Assembly: GCF_006345805.1 (NCBI RefSeq)
Contig: NC_043004.1
Span: 79,856,001-79,920,000 of the forward strand
Reading direction: 5' to 3'
Length of the DNA stretch: 64,000 bases
Source of the DNA: Octopus sinensis
Taxonomy: Eukaryota
Part shown: positions 25,441 through 38,140 of the stretch, piece after piece
Numbering within the stretch: position 1 is the stretch's first letter
Layout: each line of letters starts with the position of its first letter
The notes under the pieces: model-generated
What the model was told of the DNA's origin: nothing
What the model saw: the letters and a program-made list of their open reading frames with translations, nothing else
The model's database searches: none
Translations under genes and position numbers: made by a program

Positions 25441-25975
25441 CGACTTCATAATTGTAAACTAGGCACATACATATATGTGTGTGTGTGTATTTGTGTGTTT
25501 ATGTGTGAATTGTTCTCATTTATCTATATGATATTGTTGTTTAATCTTCTGCCTAAGAACTGTCAATTATAAGTGAACTGCTCCCATTTCTATGGACTGT
25601 GTGACATTGTTATTGAGGGCAAATATTTTCTTTGCAGCACATAAAACTTATTGTAGTTGACCTCATTTTTACTTCAGCGCTTTAAACTTTTGTTATTTAG
25701 CCCCAGGCTGGCCTTGAGATCCAGCTAGTCCAACTATTGCCATCTTGTCTTTTTCCTTGGCATCTCTTTCTCTTTTATCTCTTTTACTTGTTTCAGTCAT
25801 TTGACTGTGGCCATGCTGGAGCACCACCTTTAGTCAAGCAAATCGACCCCGGGACTTATTCTTTGTAGGCCCAGTACTTATTCTATCGGTCTGTTTTGCC
25901 AAACCACTAAGTGACGGCGACGTAAACACACCAGCATTGGTTGTCAAGCAATGCTAGGGGGACAAACACAAACAG

Positions 25976-26018
<43 letters not shown>

Positions 26019-26164
26019 GTGAAATAGAAAGATGAATAATCTTGTAGCAGATTAATCAAAAGTTTAACCGATACCTTGGTAGCAAAAATCACAGCAGAAG
26101 ACAGTACGGTTGGAAGTACAACCATATGGTGTTGCAACCGTGCGTTGGTGCGGATAATTGAAAT

Positions 26165-26436
26165 TAAAATATTATTGGTGAATTGAAGAAATGGAGCTGA
26201 ACGAAGATTGAACAGAAATCGTTTTATTTCATTCTACACGTGTTTCGAAAGGCACAATTTACCAAAATCCGATTGAATAATGAGACCATATTGTGTCTTC
26301 CTGAAGAGAAAGACACAATATGGTCTCATTATTCAATCGGATTTTGGTAAATTGTGCCTTTCGAAACACGTGTAGAATGAAATAAAACGATTTCTGTTCA
26401 ATCTTCGTTCAGCTCCATTTCTTCAATTCACCAATA

Positions 26437-26444
<8 letters not shown>
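26165..26444. repeat. Perfect 135-bp inverted repeat with 10-nt spacer
   Basis: 26165-26299 is the exact reverse complement of 26310-26444, checked base by base. Confidence 0.98.
26298..26377 (+). ncRNA. Minimal type I hammerhead ribozyme
   Basis: TTC-CTGAAGA-GAAAGACACAAT...ATTGTGCCTTTC-GAAA-C(ACGT)G-TA-GAA; all core residues, 11 of 12 bp in stem II, palindromic loop III, GUA site after 26374. Confidence 0.78.
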
Positions 26445-26494
<50 letters not shown>

Positions 26495-28414
26495 TATATA
26501 TATATATATACATATATACAACAGGCTTCTTTCAGTTTCTGTCTACCAAATCCACTCACAAGGCTTTGGTCGGCTCGAGGCTATAGTAGAAGACACTTGC
26601 CCAAGATGCCACGCAGTGGGACTGAACCCAGAACCATGTGGTTGGCAAGCAAGCTACTTACTACACAGCCACTCTTGCACCCAGAGAACTATTACATTGT
26701 CAAAATTGCTCATGTTTTTTAAAACAGTAAGGTGTCATTTGAGGGAGATTTGACTGTTATTTCTAGAAGATCAAATAATCACCTAGAGGTTTCCTTGTTG
26801 GCTTATGGTATATTAAGTTTATTAGAAGAGTAAACAGTTTAACCCTGTCTTTTATAATAATTATTTTTGGAGGGTTTTATTCCAATATCGCAAATCTATT
26901 ATGATTAAGAATTATTGCTGTTAGAACTCTTTTCCATTTTTCATTGTGACAAACTACAATGGAAGCATCGTATTATAACATTATTCTAAGATAAAAGATT
27001 TAATTACTTTGTCAAACATTTGTCTTATCATTGCTGTCGTTTCTTGCCTGTAATGTTTATGAAGGACCAAAGCATTTAGACCAAGTTTCTCTTCCAATTA
27101 AAACCTTATTAGATGACTTCAAAGACTGCATTTCTGAAGAGCAGCAGGAAAAAAAAATGTAAAATATGCCAAAAACACATTCTAGTGAATAGCAGACCAT
27201 AGCAGCAGCACCATTACAAATTTGACAAACTTTAAAAATTAAAAGGAAAAAAAACAAAAAAGTATAAAAAAAAGGCTATGGTGTTTGATGAAGTAAACAC
27301 TCTGCTGTTGTTTTTAATCTTTGTTGTTGTTATTATTATTGTCTTTTATTTGAAATTTGAAAAGTTTGTTGAAGTGAATTAAACGAATTGAGAAGAAAAC
27401 AAAATAAAACAATAGAAGAATATGGAAGTTTGAAGATGAGAAAGAAATTTTATAAAGAAAAAGAAAGGAAATTATTGGAGCATGAAGAAGTGGAATGGAA
27501 ATAATCAGAGTTCAACTAAGATTTGTTCTTCAATGAGTGCTATGTTTTCGGATTATAAAATTTATAGGCATTTCTTTATTCCAAAGACTCCACCTTCAAG
27601 TGTTTTCATGACTAAGAATTATTATTTTCCTCCCTTTAAATATTCTATTATAAGGAATGGTTTTTATTTTCCCTTTGTTTCCATTCACATTATTGAATTT
27701 TTACCTTTAGAATATGAGTCTTTGTAACCTTCTGGTAATTTTCTGTGAAAAAAAAAATTGGCAAAATTTGATGGCACCAAAAAAAAATATTTAGTTTTTT
27801 TTCCTTATATTTGTTGGGAGATATTACATAGTCATCTCTATCATTAAACATCCACTTTTCCATGCTTCCATAGGCCAGATGGAATTTGTTGAGGTCAATT
27901 TATCTCTGGCTGGATGCTCTTCCTCTTACCAACCATTATCTGTTTCCCATGTAAGGTAATATTTCTCTATGGCCAGACATAATTTTTCACAGAAAATTGA
28001 AAATGAACAATATGCTTACTTACAACCATCACTAGGGTATATAGAAGCATGCATACTCACACTCACCCTTGAAACAGCTGTAAACATATGGAATAAATAT
28101 CTACTCTCTCACCTTACTTCTCTTATCTGTTATGTACATGTGTGTATGACAGGCTTCTTTCAGTTTCCCTCTTCCAAATTCATTCACAAGGCTTTGGTCA
28201 ACCAATGCTATAGTAGAAGACACTTTCCCAAGGTGTCACACAGTGGGACTGAACCTGAAACTATGTGGCTAGCAAGCAAACTTCCTAACCACACAGCCAC
28301 ACCTGCATCTAATTCTTTTAAGGAATGTAAATGAATTCATTTCACATTTTAGAATACAAGTGTGAATTTATGAGCTTTAGGTCAATATTGTTATACATTA
28401 GCTCATCTCATCTA

Positions 28415-28457
<43 letters not shown>

Positions 28458-29495
28458 TGTCTGTCTGTGAGAGCAAAACCAAATCTCTGTTACATTACAA
28501 GTGTTGCTATCAATTATTCTATTAGATTGTTGTCCGTGTGCCGAACGAAACAAGCACTTATCTTGCAAACCCATTAGTTACAACAGACTTTTAACAAAAT
28601 AACCCAGCAGCTTCTCTGGATGCTTCAGTGATTCACCAAAATTGATCAACACTGATGTTTAATCCAATTTTTATTTAATCCATTTTTACAAAACCTAACA
28701 AGAGCAGAAGGCTTTATTATTTTTTTCAATATCTTTTGTTTTTTTTTTTTATTTTTACCATTTCTTTCCCCCTCACCATGAAGATTATCAGCCATTGTTA
28801 TTTTTCTTTGTTTTTATTTTTCTCTTCATCTTCATCATTGATTTTCAACTACTTTCACCAAATAGCATGGTTTATATATTTTTTTTAAAATTATTCTTGG
28901 ATACAATTTGTCTATAAGCAATATAGCAATGTTTTTGTTGTTTGATTTTTTTTTTATAATGTAACTTGTATTTCGTTAATATTGATTTTGCAATTTAGTT
29001 GTGTGTGTGTGGGTGGGGGTAAGACGTGGCAAGAGGGCTATAGTTTACTGGTAAACTTTTACTGATGCATATACTGTTTCTTTATATGATGCGGAAACAG
29101 CCTTATATAAATGTGATTATATCTTTGGATGTGTGATTAATCTCTAAATCTTTTCTTTTTTTATCAATTTTAGATATTTTTTTTCTGTTTTTCTTCTTTT
29201 TGCAATTTTCTGTTTACAAATTGGTTTTGGATGATCTAATAAATATTTCGATTATTTGGTATCATTGCAAAGATCAGTTTAATGATTCAAAATTGGCGAT
29301 TGCAATTCTTTATTCAAGTATTGGCATTTAGAGATAGATCTTTACTTCGTTTAAGGTTCCAGGGTTGTTGTAAATCAACAGTTGATATTTATCAGTTTAA
29401 CCTTTTCATTGCCATATTCAAATATGCTGCCTTTGTTTTAATTAATTTTGAAAATAACAAAGAATTTAATTAAATAATTTTGTCATTATCAGTCT

Positions 29496-30245
29496 AGGCT
29501 CAAAAGAAATGAATCTAGTATGATCCGCTGGATGTGTAATGTCAGTGTGCACACACGACAGAGTGTAAGCATCCTGAGAGAAATGTTGGATGTAAGAAGC
29601 TTCAGATGTGGTGTGCAAGAGAGACGCTTGCGATGGTATGGTCATGTACTGCAAATGGACAAGGAGAGCCGTGTGAAGAAGGGCTGCTCCCAAACAGTTG
29701 AAGGAATCCGGGGTAGAGGTAAACCCAGGAAGACATGGGATGAGGTGGTCAAGCATGACCTTTGAACATTGGGCCTCACAGAGGCAATGATGAAAGACCA
29801 AGACCTCTGGGGATATGCTGTGACTGTGAAGACCCTGCAAATAAAGCTGTAACCTACATCAGTTTCGCATAACCAACCTCAGCCCACTCAAAATTACCTT
29901 AGATCGTAGGGCGACATGTTGTGCTTGAGGAGACCTATTGAGTCAAGTACATCAAAATGAAAATCAAATGGAAATTGTAGTTGTGATCCCCGTGCTGGTG
30001 GCACGTAAAAAGCACCATCCAAGCGTGGTCGATGCCAATGCCGCCTTGACTGGCTTCTGTGCCAGTGGCATGTAAAAAGCACCCACTAACTCTCGGAGTG
30101 GTTGGCATTAGGAAGGGCATCAAGCTGTAGAAACATTGCCAGATCAGATTGGAGCCTGGTGCAGCCACTGGCTCTCCAGAGCTCAGTCAAATCGTCCAAC
30201 CCATGCCAGCATGGAAAACGGACGTTAAACGATGATGATGATGAT
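29496..30245 (+). mobile_element. RTE-clade LINE 3' end (ORF2 C-terminus plus 3'UTR and (GAT)n tail)
   Basis: MIRWMCNV...ERRLRWYGHVLQM...GRGKPRKTWDEVVKHDL; in-frame TGA at 29763; tail shared with family O. Confidence 0.88.
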
Positions 30246-30534
30246 TTCTGTTGAAGTACACTGCTCTTGTTTCAATTAATTTTGGAAATAACGAAGAATT
30301 TAGTATAATAATTTTGTCATTATGAAGCTGGTGTTTAGAACAAATTATCATGGAATTTTGATGGAAGGTTTTAATTTAAATCACTTAAACAATTTTGAAC
30401 CATCCAATCTGTGCCAACATGGGAAATAGGTATTCAAGAATAATAAAGGCAATGATTTCTGTTTAATTTAATTCATTTCAAAACAGGAAATTTGTTTTCT
30501 GGAATCAAGAGCAGTCTCGGGTTAGTTGGTATGG

Positions 30535-30765
30535 AAACTGGCAGAAACGTTAGCATGTCGGGCGAAATGCTTAGCGGTATTTTGCCTGCCACTACATTCT
30601 GAGTTCAAATTCCACCGAGGTCGACTTTGCTTTCATCTTTTTGGGGTCGATTAAATAAGTACCAATTACACACTGGGGTCGATATAATCGACTTGATCCA
30701 TTTGTCTGTCCTTGTTTGTCCTCTCTGTGTTTAGCCCCTTGTGGGTAGTAAAGAAATAGGTATGG
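30535..30765 (+). mobile_element. Family B SINE
   Basis: Near consensus. Confidence 0.85.
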
Positions 30766-31298
30766 AAAGAGTTAAATCTAAAATTAAAGAAAAACTAAGG
30801 TCCATTCGAGTTGATTGAGAAGCAGTAAATCTTCAACGAGAATTTCAATAACCTGGGAACATTTTGCTTGTGCTGTCATTTTTCTTTATTGTTCATTGGA
30901 ATTGAATGTCTGTATTCCATGCCGGCATGGATTGGACAGTTTGACATGATCTGATCTGATAAACTGTGTCAAGCATTAATACCTGCTCTGACATGGTTTC
31001 TATAACTAGATGTCCTTCCTAAAACCAACCACTTTACTGTGGTGGGTGGATAAGTTCATAAGTAATTGAGAGGAGAGTGAAAGATGGTAAGAGACGTGGG
31101 TAGAGGTGAATGTAGGGAATAGTGTACAAGGGTGTTTGGTTGTGGTGTAGACACTGTGTGGGGCCCTTAGGAGCTGCGTGAACTCCTTTAGTACCGGGAT
31201 GCTTCACAGGATTATGGTCACCGTTGTTGGATTCCATATTTAACCAATGGGTGCTTTATTCATGATACCAGCAGCAGTGGAGGTCATAAACTAGGGTG

Positions 31299-31556
31299 TG
31301 TCAGCTGAGACTGTTCGGACATGTTGCTCAGTTTTTCAAACTGGATCTTATGTGTCATGTCCTCATCTCTGAAGATTTGGCTGAGGTGATGGCTTGTATT
31401 CATCAGTCACATGCCATATGGTCATGGCAGATGACAGAGTATTTTGTGGAGACAGGAACTGACTGAGACACTGCTTGGATGGTTGCCTGGGACGACCTGA
31501 GCAAATGCCAACAAATGATTGATGCAACAACATGCTGCAATGGTGCATGCCTCATA
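31299..31556 (+). mobile_element. Second RTE-like LINE ORF2 C-terminal relic
   Basis: QLRLFGHVAQF...W..Q...AWMVA.D..MIDATTCCNGAC with one in-frame stop. Confidence 0.65.
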
Positions 31557-31848
31557 TCTCATCGGACCACCTTGTCATTTTATGCTCTAAACTGGATTCT
31601 ACAATAAATTTCATTAATGAACTTCTATAAAATTTATCTACGCCACCCACCACCTCTAAAATCCAGAGTTTCTCAACCAGGGTTCATATGGCCCTTGTGG
31701 GGCCCTTATAAGATTTTTTTGTTAAAATTTAAATGCAATAAATTGGTCATACCTCTACAATGCACAAAAGAGTTTAACAATTGTTTTATACAATTTCTAA
31801 TAATATTTAATTATAAAAATATAATAAGATTACTTAGATATTGAATGG

Positions 31849-32071
31849 TTAACCCTTTCATTACCAACCTGGCCGAAACTGGCTCTGAGTACAGATGTCT
31901 TGTTTTCATAAGTTTTGAATTAAAATCTTCCACCAAACCTTAGTCACAATTTATGTTCCTGACACTCGCTGAATGATAACTAAGTTATTTTGCTAAGTTC
32001 TTTGTTATATTTAAAATTAATTGAAACAAACAGAGAGCATTTCAATAGGAATATGGTAACAAAAGGGTTAA
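31849..32071 (+). mobile_element. piggyBac-like MITE
   Basis: TTAA-ccctttc ... aaaaggg-TTAA. Confidence 0.8.
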
Positions 32072-32211
32072 GAAGAAAAATAATCAGTGGAAGACATAAG
32101 AGGCCTCAGTGTGGTCACTCTTTATGCTAGAAATAATAGCCTAAATTTCCTTCAATCCACACCCTTCCAACTGCTTCTAATGTCAATCTACCCAAATGTA
32201 GAGGTGTGTTT

Positions 32212-32544
32212 CTAAAAAAAAGACTCCGCCGGTTACGACGACGAGGGTCCCAGCTGATACGATCAACGGAACAGCTTGCTCGTGAAATTAACGTGCAAAT
32301 GGCTGAGCATTCCACAGACACGTGTACCCTTAACGTAGTTCTCGGGGATAATCAGCATGACACAGAGAGTGACAAGGCTGACCCTTTGAAATACAAGTAC
32401 AACTCATTTTTGCCAGCTGAGTGGACTGGAGCAACGTGAAATAAAGTGTCTTGCTCAAGGACACAACGCGTCGCCGGGAATCGAACTCACAACCTTACGA
32501 TCATGAGCCGAATGCCCTAACCACTAAGCCACGCGCCCTCACTA
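32212..32544 (-). mobile_element. Family C tRNA-derived SINE, young, with 13-bp TSD
   Basis: A box TGGCTTAGTGG, B box GAGTTCGATTCC, GTCCTTGAGCAAGACACTT; TSD tagaggtgtgttt at 32199-32211 and 32545-32557. Confidence 0.9.
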
Positions 32545-32555
32545 TAGAGGTGTGT

Positions 32556-32769
32556 TTAACCCTTTTGATACCACCTCTGGTTCTGTAGTACAAATATCTT
32601 GTTTTCAAAAGATCTCAATTAAAATCTTCCACCAGACCTTAGTCACAATTTATGTTCCTAACACTAGCTGAATGGTAACTAAGTTATTTTACTAAATTCT
32701 TTGTTATATTTAAAGTAATTGAAAGAAACACAGAGCCTCTCAACAGAAATATGGCAGGAAAAGGGTTAA
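32556..32769 (+). mobile_element. piggyBac-like MITE
   Basis: TTAA-cccctttt ... aaaaggg-TTAA; close relative of 31849-32071. Confidence 0.8.
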
Positions 32770-33355
32770 GGTGGTCCACCTGAATAAAATAGAAATCAAG
32801 AGGGTCCATAGATGAAAACTGATCAAGAACCCTTGATGTGTTTCATTATATTCTTCAGAAGAGAGGATTAACTAAGCTTTGACATACAAAATTTCAACTA
32901 AAGAATTTATACACTAGTGACACCTGCAGGTGAAGTGTAACGAGAAATATATCGGTTAACATCTTTTTTAGTTGTGATTGATCTTTGATGCAGTAATTAT
33001 CTGATTAGATATTATTGATTACACTTGATAGTTATTTGACAAACATACAGAAATAATTAACAAACAAAAAAAAAGGAAAAGAAACGAAATAAATGAGCTG
33101 GAATTTCTTCTTTGACGCTCTCTTCATCGTATTTCTTGCAAAGCTATTTATTTACCTAATAGCATCAATATTTCATAAATCAACAATGTAAGGCATGGTT
33201 GTGTGGTTTAAGAAATTTTCTTCCCAACCATATGGTTTCAGGTTCAGTCCCACTGCGTGGCACATTAGACAAGAGTTTTTTTGTTTTTTCTTACTATAGT
33301 CACTGCCAAACCGAAGCTTTGCAAATGGATTTGGTAGACAAAAATTGTGTGTGTA

Positions 33356-33399
<44 letters not shown>

Positions 33400-33403
<4 letters not shown>

Positions 33404-33605
33404 TAAAAACGGTAAGATAACAAAAGAAAGAAAGAGACCTCAATATTTTGTAAAAAGGGGAAATTTATCTGTAAAATTTATTTTTTTCATAGCGTTTTTC
33501 AGATGGCCAGATAACCGAAGAGATGGTGGTATAGATTTCCACCTCGGCATCTGAAACTCAGAGTTTTATCTTGGCTACCAAATAATTGTCACATTATTTT
33601 ACAGA
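33400..33605. mobile_element. Penelope-like family P2 insert with internal inversion
   Basis: 33415-33478 matches 41055-41120 directly, 33509-33600 matches 41118-41206 in reverse; (TA)n flanks. Confidence 0.6.
33509..33571 (+). ncRNA. Hammerhead-like motif, family P2
   Basis: AGATAA-CCGAAGA-GATG...CATC-T-GAAA-CTC(A)GAG-TT-TTATCT; 6-bp stem I; U4C change and an extra U before GAAA. Confidence 0.45.
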
Positions 33606-33924
33606 TATATATATATACACACAAACACATACAGGGTGTCCTTAAATTACCTTTAGAATTTGAAAATTTCAGAAAAACAATAAAAATAAGGGTAACTCAA
33701 CAGAGTTTATTTGGAAAGATGGAGGCTTCTCTGTGGGCTCCATTAGTTGCAGAATACCAAGCACTAGTGACCTTCTCTTCATTGATGCCTTCTTCGCTAA
33801 TTGAATGGATTGTTTTTCCTGTTGGTTTCTGTCCTTCTGTCCAACCGTCAAGTGTAGTGTGCGCCACCTTTGGTCTGCCTCAATCTATTCAGTGAATCCC
33901 CATTACATGGCTTTTACTCATTTA

Positions 33925-34257
33925 TTCTTTTACTTGTTTCAGTCATTTGACTGCGGCCATGCTGGAGCACCACCTTTAGTTGAAGAAATCCACCCCAGGA
34001 CTTATTCTTTGTAAGCCTCGTACTTATTATATTGGCCTCTTTTGCGGAACCGCTATATTCGGTTGTCAAGCAATAGTGGAGGGACAAACACAAAGACATA
34101 CACACACGGGCTTCTTTCAGTTTCCATCTACCAAATCCACTCACAAATCTTTGGTTGGCCTGAGGCTATAGTAGAAGGCACTTGCTCAGTGCCATGCAGT
34201 GGGACTGAACCCAGAACCATGCCACTGGGAAGCAAGATTCTTACCACACAGCCACTA
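33925..34257 (-). mobile_element. Family A SINE
   Basis: Reverse complement of family A. Confidence 0.85.
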
Positions 34258-35098
34258 TAAATAGAAAGGTTAGCAAAGTATATTTCCATTTGAGCAGAGA
34301 GTAGTAATTAGGACAAAATTTGGAGAAAATTAGATGATTTAAGTTTGATTGAGTACATTCTTGGAACATGGGAACTTTTCATGTCATCAGAATTTTCTGA
34401 CATTCCTCAAGACTTAGAGAAGAACAAAACAAATAAATGAAACATATAAAAGTGATTTCTTTTTTTGTGTTCATTTTCTGTTTTGTTTATAATTTTTATT
34501 GCTGATATTTTTGATTTTCTTTTTTTTTTATTGATCTGAAATATATTTTGAAAGGTCATCAGACAAGTTAGAAGGTTAAATTGGTTTAAGACATATTATC
34601 ACCATTTAACGTCCGTCTTCCATGCTGGCATGGGTTGGACAGTTTGACTAGATACAAAAAGCTGAAGAACTGCATGGTGCTCCAGTTTTTACTTTGACTT
34701 GGTTTCTGTGATTGGATACCCTTCCTGATGCTAACCACTTTACAGAATGTATTGGATGCTTTATTCATGATACCAGCAGGAGTGTAGGTCACCAAATCAC
34801 TTGCAAGACAAACAAGAAGCCCCTTAGAGGTAGGTGGCCTTATGCCGGATGTCTCAAGTATGGTATAGGAAAAGATACAGGTGTCTTGCTTGAGAAGAGA
34901 TGCAGAGTTACATCACATTGTATATTGCTGTAAAGGTAGATAAATAAATAATCTTTTCTCCTTTACATGCTTCAGTCATCACAGTGCAGCCATGTTTGGG
35001 TAACAACTTGAAAGATTTAGTCAGACAAATCAACCCTGATATTTATTTTCTAATCTGCCAAACTGCTGAGTTGTAATGAGAGACAAGCACAAAGGAAT

Positions 35099-35142
<44 letters not shown>

Positions 35143-35684
35143 CACACAATGAACTTCCATCTACCAAATTCATTCACGAGGGTTTTGGTCAACCAGGGAC
35201 TATAATAGAAAACACTTGTCCACGATGCTGCACTGTGGTATTGATCCTGAAACTACTGGGTTGCTAAGCAAGTTTCTTAATCATGCAGCCATGACTGTGC
35301 TTAATATAAATAAATAAATAAATAAATGAAAATGTTTTGGCACTATTTATTGTGACTTGTTGACAGATTGTTAATATTGGTATTGGTAGTCACATGTGAA
35401 ACAAATAAATCATTGCCCAGTTCAAGTATTTTGTTTGGATAAAGACATATGTTGCTATATAATGTAGTCCAGAAGATCTCTGTAGAGTTATTAATCAATC
35501 CTGTGTATTACAATGAATCTAAGCAATACTTTTAAACCGTACATTTGTGGAATCTTTGTCAGAAACTGAGACCTATTGCTTATGATTGATACAACATTCG
35601 GTGTTGATTATTGAATCTATAGATTTATTCTATTGTATATTAGAGTGATTTAACAAAACACTGGTAACATACTATTGGTTTATT

Positions 35685-35899
35685 CCTTTTATTCTTTAAC
35701 TTGTTTCAGTCATTTTACTGCAACAATGCTGGAGCACTGCCTTTAGTCAAGCAAATCGACCCCAGAGCTTATTCTTTATAAGCCTAGTACTTATTCTATC
35801 AGTCTCTTTTGCTGAACCGCTAAGTTATGGTGACGTAAATGCACCAGCATCGGTTGTCAAGTGATGTTGGGGGGACAAACACTCATACACAGACATATA

Positions 35900-35954
<55 letters not shown>

Positions 35955-36115
35955 CAGGTTTCTTTAAGTTTCCGTCCACCAAATCCACTCACAAGTCTTT
36001 GGTCAGCTCGAGGCTATAGTAGAAGACACTTGCCCAAGGTGCCACACAGTGGGACTGAACCCATGACCATGAGGTTGGTAAGCAAGCTACTTACCATACA
36101 GTCACGCCTGCGCCT
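35685..36115 (-). mobile_element. Family A SINE, full length
   Basis: Reverse complement of family A. Confidence 0.88.
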
Positions 36116-37809
36116 ATAATAGTAACATAATGCGTGATCTGTCTGCCAAGAAAGTATTAAATATGCAAGTTTGTCTATTCAGTTTACTTTCGTCTCTAAT
36201 ATTGGTGGGTTTATAAGTAGTGTGTTTGTGGATAGTTAAGGTGGGTGCACAGTTGCTGAGAGAGATGATGAACATTTAGATATGTTCTTTAGTACATTGT
36301 ATTGCAGGCTAGGTTGTGTGGTTGAGAAGCTTACTTCCCAACCATGTGGTCGTGGGTTCAGTTTCACCACACAGCACATTGTTTTTTATTACAGCCCTGA
36401 GCCAACCGAACCCTTAGGAGTGGATTTGGTAGATGGAAGCTGAAAGCAACCCATTGTGTGTGTGTATGTGTGTGTGTTGTTTGTGGGTACCCTTCTCTTA
36501 TCATATGATGATCGGAAATGAGTGCCCCTATCATGCAAGCAGTGTTCTTTGTTGCCAATCTTCCATGAAAACATGTCTGGCCATGGGGAAATATTGCTTT
36601 GCTTGTAAACAGGTGAGAGTATGGTTACAGGAAAGGCATCTGGTCATAGAAAATCTGCTTCAGTAAATACCATCTGACCCATGGAAAACTGGACATTAGT
36701 TGACCAGTATGTTTCCTCTTTGCAGGTTTTTGATTTTCATTTGTTCAAAAAATCAAAATAGGATCAAAATTCCAATTTATTAGTCTCTTTATAAATTTTA
36801 ACGTCTTCAAGTCTCAACATCTATGTTTCTTTAAGTTTCCTTGACACCATTGCTCTGGTTGTAGTCAAAAGCACTTGCACCAAGGTGCCACACGGTGGGA
36901 CTGAACTTGGAGCCATGTGGCTGGGAAGCAAGCCTCTTACCACAGAGCTGTACCGTTTCTTTCTGTATTTTATTAGGAAGACACTAATACAGAAAGTTCA
37001 ACAGAAAGATAGATGAGAGCATTTGTTTCAGGTGTGTGTGTGGGTGGATGGACGTGTGTGTGTTTGTGGTTTACTTGACTTGGTACCGTGGTGATATTTA
37101 TAAATGGACACTGTGAGGCAAACAGTGTCACTTGCTTCCGACCTTCCAAGTTTATCCATGTCCAGGTATGGTGAGGTATTATCTTGACTGGAAAGAGATA
37201 AGGGTTGGCATCAGGAAGGGCATCCAACTATAGAAAATCTAGCTCGGCAAATTCCGTCCAACCCAAGCAAGCAGGAAAAAGTAGACATTAAATGATGATA
37301 GTGATGGTGATGACTCATGACCATTACTTACCTCATAGCAATAATCTTATATCTAATCAGGTGATCCATGACTTGCAGACCTAACCAGTTAAAAAAATGT
37401 CTTTATAAATCATAAATATTGAGGGTTGGGCATAGATTTTCTTTCATTTTGTATAACACCAAACTCTGTTTTACATTTACCTGAATAACAAACCAGATTA
37501 ATCACACACTTACTCATTCACTTGTGTTATAATTATTTTTATCTTTATTTTATTTTACTTTTTTAACTCAAGAACTTCCTGATCTTTTGGACTAAATCCA
37601 ATCATAATTGTTTTCCTACAGTTATCAGTTATTATTTTTTTTTTTTGTTATTTTATTCTATCAAGTTTCGTGTTGTTTGGTTACTTTATCTTATCTCCCC
37701 AAATAAGGACTATATTGAACATTTTCCTTTAATTGTATTTTTCACATTACTGAGTAACATTTAGACCACAGTTAATGGACTGATAAAATCATTACAGCAA
37801 AGGGTGACA

Positions 37810-38140
37810 GGTGTAACTGGGTGACAGGCGAAGAGACTATGCAAAAGAGCAGGGTCACAATCCCAGCAAGAGATTGTAGCTGAATGCCAATTCTGTTTGG
37901 CTGGCCACATTCTCCATCTTGGTAATTAGCAACACTGAAAAACAGTTATGATATAGGCACCACTTATTGGCAGGCATAAAGGGCTGAAGATTAGTTGGCA
38001 GCAGACATTTCAAGATAACCCAAAGACATTTTATGGAATGGGTGTACAAGAATGACAACTGACCAAACCCGGTGGAAGAAGTTCACCACCCAATGTGCTG
38101 AGCAATGCAAGAGAACCTAAAGCTGAACGACAAAATACCT
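37810..38140 (+). mobile_element. Third RTE-like LINE ORF2 C-terminal relic, frameshifted
   Basis: QEIVAECQFCLAGHILHL ... QTRWKKFTTQCAEQCKRT* in different frames. Confidence 0.65.

Larger units (their letters stand above)
26016..26444. mobile_element. Penelope-like insert with an inverted pLTR-type duplication
   Basis: (TA)n-flanked; contains a 135-bp perfect IR and a hammerhead. Confidence 0.6.
25780..26680 (-). mobile_element. Family A SINE interrupted in its (TA)n tract by a Penelope-like insert
   Basis: 3' half at 25780-26015, 5' half at 26445-26680. Confidence 0.85.
31664..32835. mobile_element. hAT-like MITE hosting nested insertions
   Basis: cagagtttctcaacc ... gatcaagaacccttg degenerate TIRs. 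Confidence 0.5.

Noticed and set aside
29520-29765. 81-aa ORF as a functional gene
   Set aside because: 5'-truncated RTE ORF2 fragment with a premature stop
33630-33900. TACAGGGTG mariner-like terminus (also near 60600)
   Set aside because: No matching second TIR or transposase motif found
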